Origin: Dictyostelium discoideum | Taxonomy: Eukaryota | Assembly (NCBI GenBank): GCA_000004695.1 | Contig: CM000151.3 | Location: 2,112,001-2,176,000, forward strand | Reading direction: 5' to 3' | Length of the DNA: 64,000 nucleotides | Shown: positions 28,801 to 42,359 of the stretch, piece after piece | Numbering within the stretch: position 1 is the first letter of the stretch | Layout of the letters: each line of letters begins with the position of its first letter | Notes under the pieces: model-generated | What the model was told of the DNA's origin: nothing | Databases searched by the model: none | The model's input: the letters and a program-made list of their open reading frames with translations, nothing else | Translations under genes and position numbers: made by a program

Positions 28801-31410
28801 AATAATAATAATAATAATAATATAAATATAAATGAAAATAATAATAATAATAATTTAAATGGTTTAAATGTTTCAGGTGGTGGTGAAAGAAAAAGTGTTG
28901 GTCCAATTTCAACAATAATTGAAGATGATAATGATATTTATGGTGGTTATTTGTATGTTAAATTTAAAGCAGAAGGATCATATAAAAAATATTATTTCAA
29001 TTTATTAACAAATGCAAAGGTATTACATCAACGTGAAGAAAAGAGTAAAAAAAAATCTAACAACAACAATGTTGCAATTAAAATATTAAATTTAAAGAGA
29101 TTTTCATTGACAAGAGGTAATCAATTTGGTACAGAGAAACAACATCATTTACAAACTTTCCAATTGGTTACACCAGAGACAACTTGGTACTTTAGAACTA
29201 GTTCAAATGATGAATATCAAGAATGGTTAAGTAGATTATCACCAATGTCAATTGAATATAATCTAACCTATTCTGAGCCATCGTCGGTGGTTAAGGACCA
29301 AATCATTTTAAAGAAAGAGGATGCAAGAGGTATACATTTATCACCAAGAACTCCAATTTTAGAAGAGAAGCATATACCAATCATTCAAGTTGTTGATAGA
29401 TTTGTCATTGGAAAACCAAAGGAAAAAGATTTAATAAAGTATGCAGAGAAATTATCGGAAAAGTTAAATTCACGTTTCCCAAATCAAAGAAATATTGTTG
29501 TCTATGAATTTAAACCAAAACAAACTGACGGCTGGAAGAGAATGACACTTGGTAATGTTGAAGTACATAGATCACTAGATAAAATTCAACCACATTTTGC
29601 AAAACTTAATATTGAACAAGATGTTTATATTCATAGTCCAACAATGATTCAAACACCTTCAACCATTTATCATTTCTTTAAAGTTTTAGATTTTAGAGAG
29701 AAATTATCCCTATTGGATAGTTTAGCAGAAAATTTATATTCAAATGATGAAACTTTGAATTTACTCTCAAATATTTCATCTCAATCTAAATTAGGTTTAT
29801 TACTCTTATCAATTTGTTCAGATCTTGCTGAAGAACAACATTGGTTTAGAGATGGTTCAAATTGGAGAGATAAATTATCAATTGATAAAATTAAATTAAA
29901 TTTATTAAAATTAAATATTTTAAAGAATTTCCAATTCAATTCTTATAATAATAGTAATTCAACAAATGTTACAACTAGATTATCTTTACCAATTTCAGAT
30001 CTTTTAATTGAAATTGGTGCTCACTTAAAGATAATTCTTTCAAATTTCCCTAAAAACTTTGCTGATAAAATTTGTTTACGTCGTAGAGCTAATGATGTTA
30101 CTGATGCTTCAAATTCGCTTTGGAATGATATTGTCATGATTCATCTATTTGGTAAAGAATTAAAAGATGATAAACCTATTGGTAAATCTAATCCAAATGA
30201 ATCTCAACTTTTAAAATCAATTAAAGAAACTGAATTGAAAAAACAAAAAGAATGGCAAAATCATTTATTCACTCAACATGGTTCAACTGGTAGTTGGGGT
30301 TACAATTGTACAAAAGCTGATCCTTCAAAAAATAAAAAAGAGAAACGTTGGATTAAAGGCGCCCATGTTATTTTAGCTTATAGAAAACCACCCTTCACTT
30401 CTGTAACAAGTGTTATCGATTGTGAAATCCTTTTACCAACCATTATGTCAAAGCAATCATTCCTTTCAAACTATGTTCCTCCAGTTCAAGGTAGTGCAAT
30501 CGTTGAAGAAAGAACTATTTTCGGTAATAATCAAGAGGCTCGTCAACAATTTATAAATCGTATTGCAACTGAGAAACTAGGTTTCGATATTAATAATACT
30601 GATAGATCATCACATTTAACAGTTTTAGAAAATTATTCAACAATATTTAATAATAATAATCAATCATTAATTCCAGTTGTTCAATTAGAAAAACCAACTG
30701 ATTCAATGACTCAAATTTTACCAAATTCTTATTCTTCAACCGAACCTCTTTCCTCAACCCCTTCTGATAATATTATTAGTATAGATTTAACAAAGAATTT
30801 CCAATCACCTCCAACTACAACTGAAAAACAATTTATTATTGGTGATGATTCAAATGATAATAATAATCTAATTAATAATTCTTTTGAACCTTCAATGGTA
30901 ATTCCATTATCACATTCAAATAATCAACAACAACAACAACAACAACAAGGAGTTAGTGAACCATCTTCGCCTGTGATCATTGACGGAGCTTCAAAACATC
31001 AATATCAAAATGCTGAAAATAATATTATTAACAACGACACCACTACCACTACCACCATTACAGAAACGACTACATCAACAGTTAAAATTGAGAAATTAGA
31101 GAAAAAAGAAGATTTATCAAACACTTCATCATCATCAACACCATCATCATCAACACCATCATCATCAACAATTTCTTCACCATTATTACAACCAATCATT
31201 ACAGTAAACGAGCAAAATATTGAAATTTCTTTAACAACAGCAACTACAATAACACCAGTAATTGAAGAACCATCACCTTTAACAACACCTTCATCTTTAT
31301 CATTATCAATCTCTTCACCATTTTTACCTGAAGAAAATAATAATAATAATAACATCAGTAATAATACAACAAAAGAAGATGATTTAGTAATTGAAGAACA
31401 CCACAATTAA
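25821..31410 (+). CDS. Large (about 1530 aa) protein: collagen-like G-X-Y/(GGX)n Gly-rich N-terminus, central PH domain, Ser/Thr-rich tail. 5 exons (25821..25875, 26040..26098, 26215..26812, 26900..26935, 27029..31410)
   Basis: Exons joined by GTAAAT/GTAAGT...AG introns with preserved phases. MATTNVVASLLNNGVHGAG|DGPNGLHGGSGGYGGGRGGD|GSRGADGNHGTPSG...GGDGGCGGRGGDGGSGGPGSAG...GPGIPGKGGDKGHGGRGGPGGPGG...|SGPSGHSGSNGIG|DGNNGISGIPGKYS...MPTPSH... PH domain near GYLYVKFKAEGSYKKYYFNLLTN...TWYFRTSSNDEYQEWLSRL. Confidence 0.7.
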
Positions 31411-32127
31411 ATCTCCTTTTAATTTTTGTAAAAAATAAAAAGAAAAAGAAAAAGAAAAAGAAAAAGAAACAAAAAGAGTAACAAAAAAAAAACCTTTTAA
31501 ATAAACTATTAAAATTGAAAATGTGTAGAAATATTATTTATTAAATTTAAAATTCTTTTTTTTATTTTTAATATTATTAATTTAAAATCTATTTATTTTT
31601 AAAGTTTTTTGGAATAAATTGGTTAAAGGTATCTCCCTAACAAATAGGTAAAAAATTATTTCCATACAACGTAGACCCAACCAACTTAACAGTAGCAAAT
31701 TAAATATTTATATATCAAACTTTATCAAATAAATATATAATTGTTTATTTATTTTATCTGTTTATTAATTAGTAAATAATAAAAATTAAATAAATAAATA
31801 TATATATATATAACAAAATAAATTAAAATAAAATAAATAAAAATAAAAACAAATTTAAACAAATTAAAACAAAATTTTTTTTTTTTTATTTCAAAAAAGA
31901 AAAGATAAATTAATTTATGGACCATTTTTCTTAAAATTTGATAACTTGTAGACTCATACTATTTATAAAAGTGGGGTATGCGCCAACGAAAAAGAGTTAA
32001 ATATGAATTTCTAATTTTAAGATTTATTTTTTTATTTTTATAAATTAAATAAAATTAAAAAATGTTAAGAAATATTATTTATTAAATTTTAATTTTTTTT
32101 CTTTTTTTTCTTTCATTTTTTTAATAC

Positions 32128-32355
32128 CTATTTAATTCTCCTTTTATTATTATTATTTTTATTATTATTACTAAAATTGAAAGTTCCATAATAATTATCT
32201 AAAACTGTACCATATGGACCTGTATTACCAATACCAATACTTGGTGAATAAAAACTAGTTGGTTGAACATCGACTTGATTAAATGCAATTGTCAAATTAT
32301 CAATTTCATCCCATGCTAATGTGACACTATATTTTTTTTTTTATATAGTCGGTGA

Positions 32356-32395
<40 letters not shown>

Positions 32396-33019
32396 CTTAC
32401 TGTGGTTGAAATTGATCAAAAACGTTTGGAGAACCATATTTTTTAATCATTGCAATTTTTTCATCTCTTAATGGTTCTGGTAATGAATAAACCCAATCTG
32501 GGATAGTTTGATTTGGTGTGATATATTGAAAAGTATTATTTACAACCAAATCTGATAAATATTGTAAACATTGATTATTTTGTACTAACCACATACCATA
32601 TTGTGCTGAAATATCAATTGTTGTCATTTGAACTAAACAATTTTTACCTGCTTGATTTAGTAATGGGAAGATTTGTGAAATTCTAAAATTTATTATTATT
32701 ATTTTAAAATTAGTTTTTTTTTTTTAAAAAAAAAAAATTATTATTAATTATTATTTTTATTTTTATTTTTATTATATTACCCATTTTGAACTAATGGTAT
32801 TTGTTCTTGAACGAAATCAGTTAAATATAATGTAATATGTGGAATTGATTTTGAACCAAGGAAAACTTGATCATTTGGAGCATATTTATGTAACAAATTA
32901 TTATAATCAATTGCAACCTCATTAGTTGTTGGATCTAAATTGATATGAATATCCAATTCAACTGATGAAACAATTGCAACCAAACAAATAACAAAAAAAG
33001 CAATCAATTTGTGTGACAT
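32128..33019 (-). CDS. Secreted 2H-phosphoesterase-superfamily-like protein (signal peptide + two H-x-T-x motifs), 3 exons (33019..32781, 32682..32401, 32326..32128), about 239 aa
   Basis: MSHKLIAFFVICLVAIVSS signal peptide. Motif 1 PHITLYLT in exon 1. Motif 2 HVTLAW is created only by splicing CA|GTAAGT...ATATAG|TGTCAC (exon 2/3 junction). Phases are consistent across both introns. Confidence 0.6.
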
Positions 33020-33073
33020 TTTTCAGTTTTAAAAAATAAAAAAAATAAAAATTAAAAAAAATCCTTTTAATTT

Positions 33074-33104
<31 letters not shown>

Positions 33105-33570
33105 TTTTTTAAAAAAAAAAAGATTTATTTTTATTTTTAATATGAAATTTTGTGTATAAAAATAGAACCCTCAAAAATACACAAAATGATATCAAATTTA
33201 AAAAAATTAATTTTTGGTTTTTTTTTTTTTTTTTTTTTAGCAAACACAAAAAAAAAAAAAAAAATTTGATTAAATAAAGAAAGGCAATAGAAATTTCCAT
33301 TTGAAGCTGCACTAAGAAAATTTTATTTTGACGGTTTTAAAAATTTTATTTTAGAAGCTTTAAAACAAAAAAAAAAACCAAAAAAGAATATAGGATTTGG
33401 ATTCGATCACTTTCTTAAAATAATCTCAAAATAACTAATTAACTTTGTTTTTGGTCAAAAATAAAAAGATTCTCTTTGTATCTTTTTAACTGTAAGGTCA
33501 CATTTCTTTTTTTCGCAAAAAAATAAGATATTTTAATTTTTAAAAAAAATCCAGACATTTTATAATTTTT

Positions 33571-33617
<47 letters not shown>

Positions 33618-33732
33618 GCCGTCTATTTTTCGTAGACTGTAATTATTTATTTTTTTTTTTTTTTATTATTATTATTAATATTATTAATATTATTATTTGG
33701 TTTTTATTTTTTATTTTTTATTTTAAAAATAA

Positions 33733-33764
<32 letters not shown>

Positions 33765-33767
<3 letters not shown>

Positions 33768-34141
33768 AAAATAAATAATATTATAATTTTATTGATCATA
33801 GTATCAATATTTTTATTAAACTCAAAGGTTGATAGTAAATCATTACCACCAAGTTATAATAGAAATAATTTAAAATTACCAAATGAAAAAGATGTTCAAG
33901 ATATTTACAATAGATATAATCTTTTAAATACCGAACACTTTAGTTTAAAACAAAATCCATTTAAAAAAACAAATTTAAATGAAAACTTAAATACAAAATT
34001 ACAAACCTCCTATCCAGTTTCTTCAAATTGTTCAAATGCAATGAGTAATTTATTAAACCCAAATAATCCAGATTTTATGATGTGTAAGTTTTTATTATTT
34101 AAAAAAATAAAAATAAAAATAAAACAAATAATTGATATTAA

Positions 34142-34180
<39 letters not shown>

Positions 34181-36199
34181 GTATTTTATAGTGGTGTTAG
34201 TATAAATGAATTAGGTAATTTTGATTCATGTATTAGTTATGCATCAAATGTTTCACAGTATTGTTTATTTAATACTCAAATTGAAGAGATATTACCAATT
34301 TATATTGGTGTATGTTATCCAAGTGCAATTTATTGTTCACCAGAAGATGTATTGGGTTTAATGACACAATATTCGATTTTAATGCTTTTACAAGCAAATA
34401 TGACATTCAATGCAACAGAGGATTTACATTGTTACAATAGTACCTATCAAACAGTAAACATAGAAGCAACAGCAGGTACATGGGCAATGACGGCAGTTTG
34501 TGCTTTCATCGCTTTGAATATCATAATTGGTACTGTCATTGAATATATATTTGTCATTCAATTATCAAACTATAGAAAGAGATATGGTAACTTAATGAAT
34601 CATCCATATTCATTATTAAATCCAAAGAGTTATTTCGAACCAAATTCAACCAATTTACAAGGTGATAATCAATATAGTTATATTACAAATCAAAATGAAA
34701 ATGAATCAAGTGGTGGTGGTGGTGGTGGTGGTGCTACTACTGCAAGTGGTGGTGGTGGTACAATTGAAAATCTTGGTAATAGTGGTATAAATAATGATTT
34801 TGAACCACAATTTTATGATGGATTTTTTGAAAGAATATCAAATGTTAATGTTGAATCCAATTTATTTATAAAGTATTTCACATGTTGGTCATTAATAAAG
34901 AATTTCAATTCATTAGCCTATGGAAAGAGTGAAAAACGTTATTTCAATTCATTGGATGGTATTAGAACTTTATCAACATGTTGGGTTATTTTAGGTCATT
35001 CATTACTATTTGGTGCATCAGGATATGGTTATGATAATTTAGCATACGTAGCAAGTGGAACTACATTACAAACCTTTGCAGCTCAAGCCATTTTCGGTGG
35101 TGAATTTGCTGTTGATACATTCTTTATGTTAAGTGGTTTCTTGGTTTCTTTCTCTGTATTGAATCAGTTAAGTAAACGTAATAGTATCTATGGGTCAATT
35201 AAATTTTGGGTTGCTTATGTAGTTCATAGATTCGTTAGATTAAGTCCGTTATATTACTTTATGATATTCTTTTCAATGTGGGTTGCACCAATGATTGGCA
35301 GTGGTCCAATTTTCTATCAATATAGTCAATTCACAAATTTGGGTTGTTCAAGTAGTTGGTGGACAAACTTTTTATACTTTAATAATCTTTACTCGACATT
35401 GGCCACCGAATGTTATGCTGTATCTTGGTATTTAGCAAATGATATGCAATTCTTTTTGTTGACACCTTTTATTTTGATACTATTCAGAAAATGGAAATTG
35501 GGTGGTTGGTTATTAACTTTATCACTTATTTTCGCTTCAGTCATTGGTACCACAATCGTCGCCTACAAATACCAATTGGAAACCTTCTTTGATATTTTCT
35601 CAGTAGCCGATGAAACCAATACCAATCCTTTCATAACAGATATCTATCAAAAACCATGGAATAGAATTGGTCCTTATTTAGTTGGTGTTTTGGTTTCTTT
35701 TATTTATACTGCACCAAGATTATCAAAAAGAGTTAGATTTATCTATTATCGTAGAATTACACGTTATATCTTATATTGTATCGCATTCTTTGTAACATTT
35801 TTCCTAGTTTATTGTCCATACACTTTTTATCAAAATGCTTGGAATTATTCTCAAAAGGCAGTGTTCTCTGGTTTCGGTCATACAAGTTTTGTTGTGGGTC
35901 TTGCTATCTTTATGATTGGTACTTTCTTTGGTTATGGTGGTATCGTTAAATGGTTCTTGGAATTGGGTATTTTCAAATTCTTTTCAAAGTTAACCTATTC
36001 AAGTTATCTTGTTCATCCATTGGTAATCATGTTTAGAATCTATTCAATGACAAATTTCTTACATTATTCTGTAACTGAATTCATTGTTTATTATGCTGGA
36101 AATATTGCAACCACTTTTGCTGCTGCTTTTGTAATTCATCTTTTAATTGAAAAGCCATTTGTCAATTTAGAAAGATTAATTTTCTCAAGTTCAAGTTAA
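33765..36199 (+). CDS. NRF-domain + acyltransferase-3 family multi-pass membrane protein; 2 exons (33765..34083, 34182..36199)
   Basis: Signal peptide. Cys-rich NRF-type N-terminal domain spanning the intron (MM-LFYSGVSINELGNFDSCISYASNVSQYCLF...CYPSAIYC). Then about 10 hydrophobic helices (LDGIRTLSTCWVILGHS..., acyl_transf_3-like). GTAAGT...ATAG intron, phase 1. Confidence 0.8.
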
Positions 36200-36456
36200 A
36201 ATAAAAATAAAAATAAAATGAAAATGAATATATGAATTCATGGAAATAAAAAAAAAAAAAAAAAAAAAACAAAAATAAAAATAAAAATAAACTAATAAAA
36301 TATATTATTTTTTTTTATTTATCTTATAAAAAAAAAAAATTCAATTTAAAAAGTTTTTTTGATTATTTTTTTAAAAATACTAGTAAAATATCATATTATT
36401 TCTAAACTAAATTTTCCATTTTTTTTTTTTTTTTTTTTTTTTTTATTTTGCGAATT

Positions 36457-36494
<38 letters not shown>

Positions 36495-36503
36495 TATTAA
36501 CTA

Positions 36504-38108
36504 ATGAATTTTAAAAGGTTGATTACAACATCTTTTACAAATCAAATAAAAAATATGAAATTTAAAAAAACAATTAGTTTTAAACCATTTGATATTAATA
36601 ATCGAATTATTTATGATAAAGAACCTACAATAGTTTTTAAAGATCAAAAATCATGTTTGTTAAAAGATACAATTTCAACAACACTTGAAGATGGTAGTAA
36701 GGAATTAAAAATAAAAATTGGGAGATTTACACCAGGTTTAGATTCAAATAATAATTATATTTCATCAGATATCTTTGAAATTAATATTAACAATTATTCA
36801 AATAAAATTGATTTATGTTTGGTAAGTTTAAAATTTTATATATACATATATTTTATTTAAACAAATAAACAAACAATTTAGCAATACAATTATTGTTAAC
36901 AATCAAAACAATCAAAAAAAAATTACAATCAAATAATAAACAAAACATTAAAAAAACAATATATAACAAATCCATCCAAACAATCTATCAAGTAAATATT
37001 GTTTATTTTTTTTTTTTTTTTAGTTTACACTTTTGATTTGTTTTTTTTTGTTTGGTTGGTTATTCATCTTTTTTATTAAAGATTATTAATAAATTTTATA
37101 TTAGAATGGTAAAAATCCAACATTTTTAAGAAGAAAAGGAAAAATACCGACTAAAGTTAAAAATTGGGAACAATTATTAGGAGAACAATTGGAAATTAGA
37201 AAATCAGTCACTTTGGAAGATGGTGATATAATATCTTTTTTAGGTTTAAATGGTACAACTTCTTCAATACAATTTACAATTGAAGAAGATAATGAAAATG
37301 AAAAAGAAAAAGAAAAAGAAATGGAACTTGATAACGATAATACAAATACAGAATCAATTCCACCAATAACATCAAAATCAACATCAACATCAACATCACT
37401 TATAGATACAAATAAAATTCAATTGAAAAAACATTTTGAAGATCCAAATTCAAAGAATGTAGGTCTTTCAGCATTAGTTTATTTTTGTAATAAACCAGAA
37501 TCATTTCTAGATGTTGTTTTATATTATGATGATAAAACAGTTGCGGTACTTGATAAATATCCAAAAGCAAAACATCATTATTTAGTAATACCAAGAGTTG
37601 AAATCAATACATTGGATGAATTAACACCTTCTTTCATTCCAATGTTAGAACATATGTATAATGTTGCTGATGCAATTATAAATGAAATAATTTCAAAAGA
37701 TAATGATGACGATAATTTAAAAAAATCAGATTTCAAATTAGGTTTTCATGCAATACCATCAATGAAAAGACTTCATCTTCATATTATCTCAAATGACTAT
37801 AATACTAAATATTTAAAAAATAATAAACACTGGAATTCTTTTACTACTGAATTTTATATTCCTTTTGATAAAATCTTAAATGAATTAAAATCAAATGGTA
37901 AAGTTAAAGTAAGTATAAAAAAAAAAATAAAAAAAAATAAAAAAAAACTAATTCACTAAACAAATTATTATTTTAGATTGATCAAGTAAAATATAATTCA
38001 ATATTAAGTCAAATAAAAAAATGTCCAATTTGTAAAGAAGAAAATAAAAATTTAGAAAATTTAAAAGACCATTATAAAAAATGTTTAGAAAAATTTAAAT
38101 CTAAATAA
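36504..38108 (+). CDS. aptx: Aprataxin-like: FHA-like domain + HIT domain + C-terminal C2H2-type zinc finger; 3 exons (36504..36821, 37105..37908, 37977..38108)
   Basis: Exon 1/2 FHA-like (...NGKNPTFLRRKGKIPTKVKNWEQLLGEQLEIRKSVTLEDGDIISFLG). HIT motif HLHIISNDY with upstream KAKHHYLVIPR. Exon 3 IDQVKYNSILSQIKKCPICKEENKNLENLKDHYKKCLEKFKSK*. Introns GTAAGT...TTAG, phase 0. Confidence 0.85.
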
Positions 38109-38156
38109 ATAAATAAAAAATATAGATTTTATATACAAAAAAATTTAAATTTATTT

Positions 38157-39857
<1,701 letters not shown>

Positions 39858-40165
39858 TGTTGCTTTAAATTTGTGAAAAAATTAAAATATTAAAAATTTT
39901 TTTTTTATTATTGGCTGTTAATAAAAAAAAAAAGAAAAAAAAAAGAAAAAAATAAAAAAAATTAAAATAAAAAAAAAAAAATAAAATAAAAAAAAAAATA
40001 AAAAAAAAAATAAAAAGAAAAAAAAAAGAAAAAAATAAAAAAAATTAAAATAAAAAAAAAAATTAAAATAAATTCACAAATTTGGGTCGCCAAGTATAAA
40101 AAAAAAAATAAAAAAAAATAAATAAAAAATAAAAAAAAACTAATTCACTAAACAAATTATTATTT

Positions 40166-40262
40166 TAGATTGATCAAGTAAAATATAATTCAATATTAAG
40201 TCAAATAAAAAAATGTCCAATTTGTAAAGAAGAAAATAAAAATTTAAATCCAAATAAATAAA
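40166..40262 (+). pseudogene. Duplicated, truncated copy of aprataxin exon 3 (zinc-finger exon), with a 47-bp microhomology-flanked deletion
   Basis: 40139-40262 matches 37947-38108 except for loss of GAAAATTTAAAAGACC...AAATTTA between two AAAATTTA repeats. It would encode IDQVKYNSILSQIKKCPICKEENKNLNPNK*. There is no upstream aptx body. Confidence 0.7.
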
Positions 40263-40301
40263 AAATATGGATTTTATATACAAAAAAATTTAAATTTATT
40301 T

Positions 40302-41897
40302 TTATTTTTTATAATCCAATAAAATTACTGGATTGAAATTTTCAGTTTCATAATTGAAAACAAATTTAACTAATTTTAAACTATTTAGATGTTGCTTATT
40401 TTTATCGATTAATGATTGATACGGTTGAATCATATCGGGTCTACCATTAACTTCAACTATACTGACAGAAAAATCAGTGATAGTTTTATTTTGTTCTAAA
40501 ATTCTCTCTATTAATTGTGGACAGTTAATACCTGTACCAAATGATTCCATTGATGTGCTTGATGAAATTAGTGATGAAAATCTTTCAATAAATGTTTTTG
40601 ATGGTGATTGTTTACATAGTAGTATTTGAGATGCATAACATTCATGAAAGAATTCTAAACTTTTTAGGGTTTTATTATTTTTCAAGGCTTCTTTTAAGAG
40701 TCCAATTTTATTGAATTCCTCATTCACTTCCATTGAATTTGAAGGATTCTTATTTCACTTATCACAATTACATTTTTTAATTTTTGATTTCTTTCTTTCA
40801 GTTTTTGTCGATAAATAATATATTAAATTATTAAAACAAATACTAATTACAAGCTGACTTACTTTCTTTGAATAATTTAAAATTAATTCTAAATCTTTTA
40901 ATGAAACTTCCATTGAAAATATTTTTAAAAATTCTATATTTTCTAAATAATTAATTTTTTCATTATATTTCTTATTTTCTTCATTATTATTATTATTAAA
41001 AGGTATAATACCAGCTAATATTGGAAATAATTGCATTTTATCTTGTTGAGAAGTATATTTTATAATGAATAATTGAGCAATTGAATTTTTATATTGTTTA
41101 AATGATTCGATAATGAGTTCATTATCAAAACATGAATTAATTTTCAAAGTAAATACCTTTTTAACATGTTTTTTTATTTTATTTAAAGATTTAAATGTAA
41201 AAATTGGATTTAAATCTAATTCTAATAGATGAATATTACCATCAGTCGCTTCACATCGATAAAGTGATTGTAAAATATCAGTATCTTCAGTCTCGTTTGA
41301 TGATGATATATTTCTTAATATTAAGTTTTTAAATATAATTGTTTGTTGTTGTTGTTGTTGTTTTTGATTTTCTAATAATGATAAAGTTGATGGTATGGTT
41401 GTTTTTAATTTTGATAATTTTTCTAATTCTTTATTAACTATATCCAATTCTATTATTTTTTCATCAGATTTATCGTCATCAAAAATATCATTATCTTTTG
41501 GTGATTGTTTTTTATCTTTTTCATAAATACTAATATCTTTAATATAAAAGAATGAACCTTGATGATCGAAATGTAATTTCAATGTTTTTAAATTCTCTTT
41601 TTTAATTATTGAATATTTTAAATCAATGTCATTTTTATTATTATTATTATTATTATTATTTTTATTATGATTTAAATTTGTATAATTAAAATCAACTGAT
41701 ACAGTTAAATTATTTGATAAAGTTTTAAACCAATCTTGAGATACTAATGCCAATGTTAACATTAATCTTTTAATTTGACTTTCATTCCCTCTATAGTCAC
41801 CACCAACATAATCAATTGATTTATTATTTTTATCTATATATCTACATAAAATTTTAATTATATATTTTTGAATATATAATGGTAATAACACAACCAT
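40302..41897 (-). pseudogene. Copy B of the F-box/LRR-like gene: split into two ORFs by a 1-nt deletion near 40745, poly-N tracts collapsed to 8 and 5 Asn, extra small indel (SIYEKDKKQSPKDNDIFDDDKSD insertion)
   Basis: ORFs 40755..41897 and 40302..40733 are each about 90% identical to parts of 38157..39857. The frameshift shows at ...AATTTGAAGGATTCTTATTTCACTTATCAC vs copy A ...AATTTGAAGGATTTCTAATTAAACTATCAC. Confidence 0.6.
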
Positions 41898-42359
41898 TGT
41901 TGCTTTAAATTTGTAAAAAAATTAAAATATTAAAATTTTTTTTTTTATTATTGGCTGTTAATAAAAAAAAAAAAGAAAAAAAAAAAGAAAAAAATAAAAC
42001 AAATTAAAATAAAATGAAAAATAAAAAAAAAAAAAAAAAAAAATTAAATAAAAAAAAAAAAAAAAAAAATAAATTGTTATGTTTTTCTTAAAATTTTAAA
42101 TATCATGGGGTTTGAAAATAGATTTTTTAAAATTCCAGATTTAAAAAAACTTAATTTGAAATAGAAAAAATAAGGTGGATGGATGTAAAAAGTTCAGAAT
42201 TAAAGTGGAAAAGTAAGTTCTAAACGTTTTTATTTACTGGTCGCAGCCCCCCTTTATAAAAAAAAAAAAAATACAAACATGTACAATTTTTTTTTTTTTT
42301 TTTTTTTTAATAAACTAAAAAAAATGAAAAAAATAATTATTTTATGTTTATTATATTTT

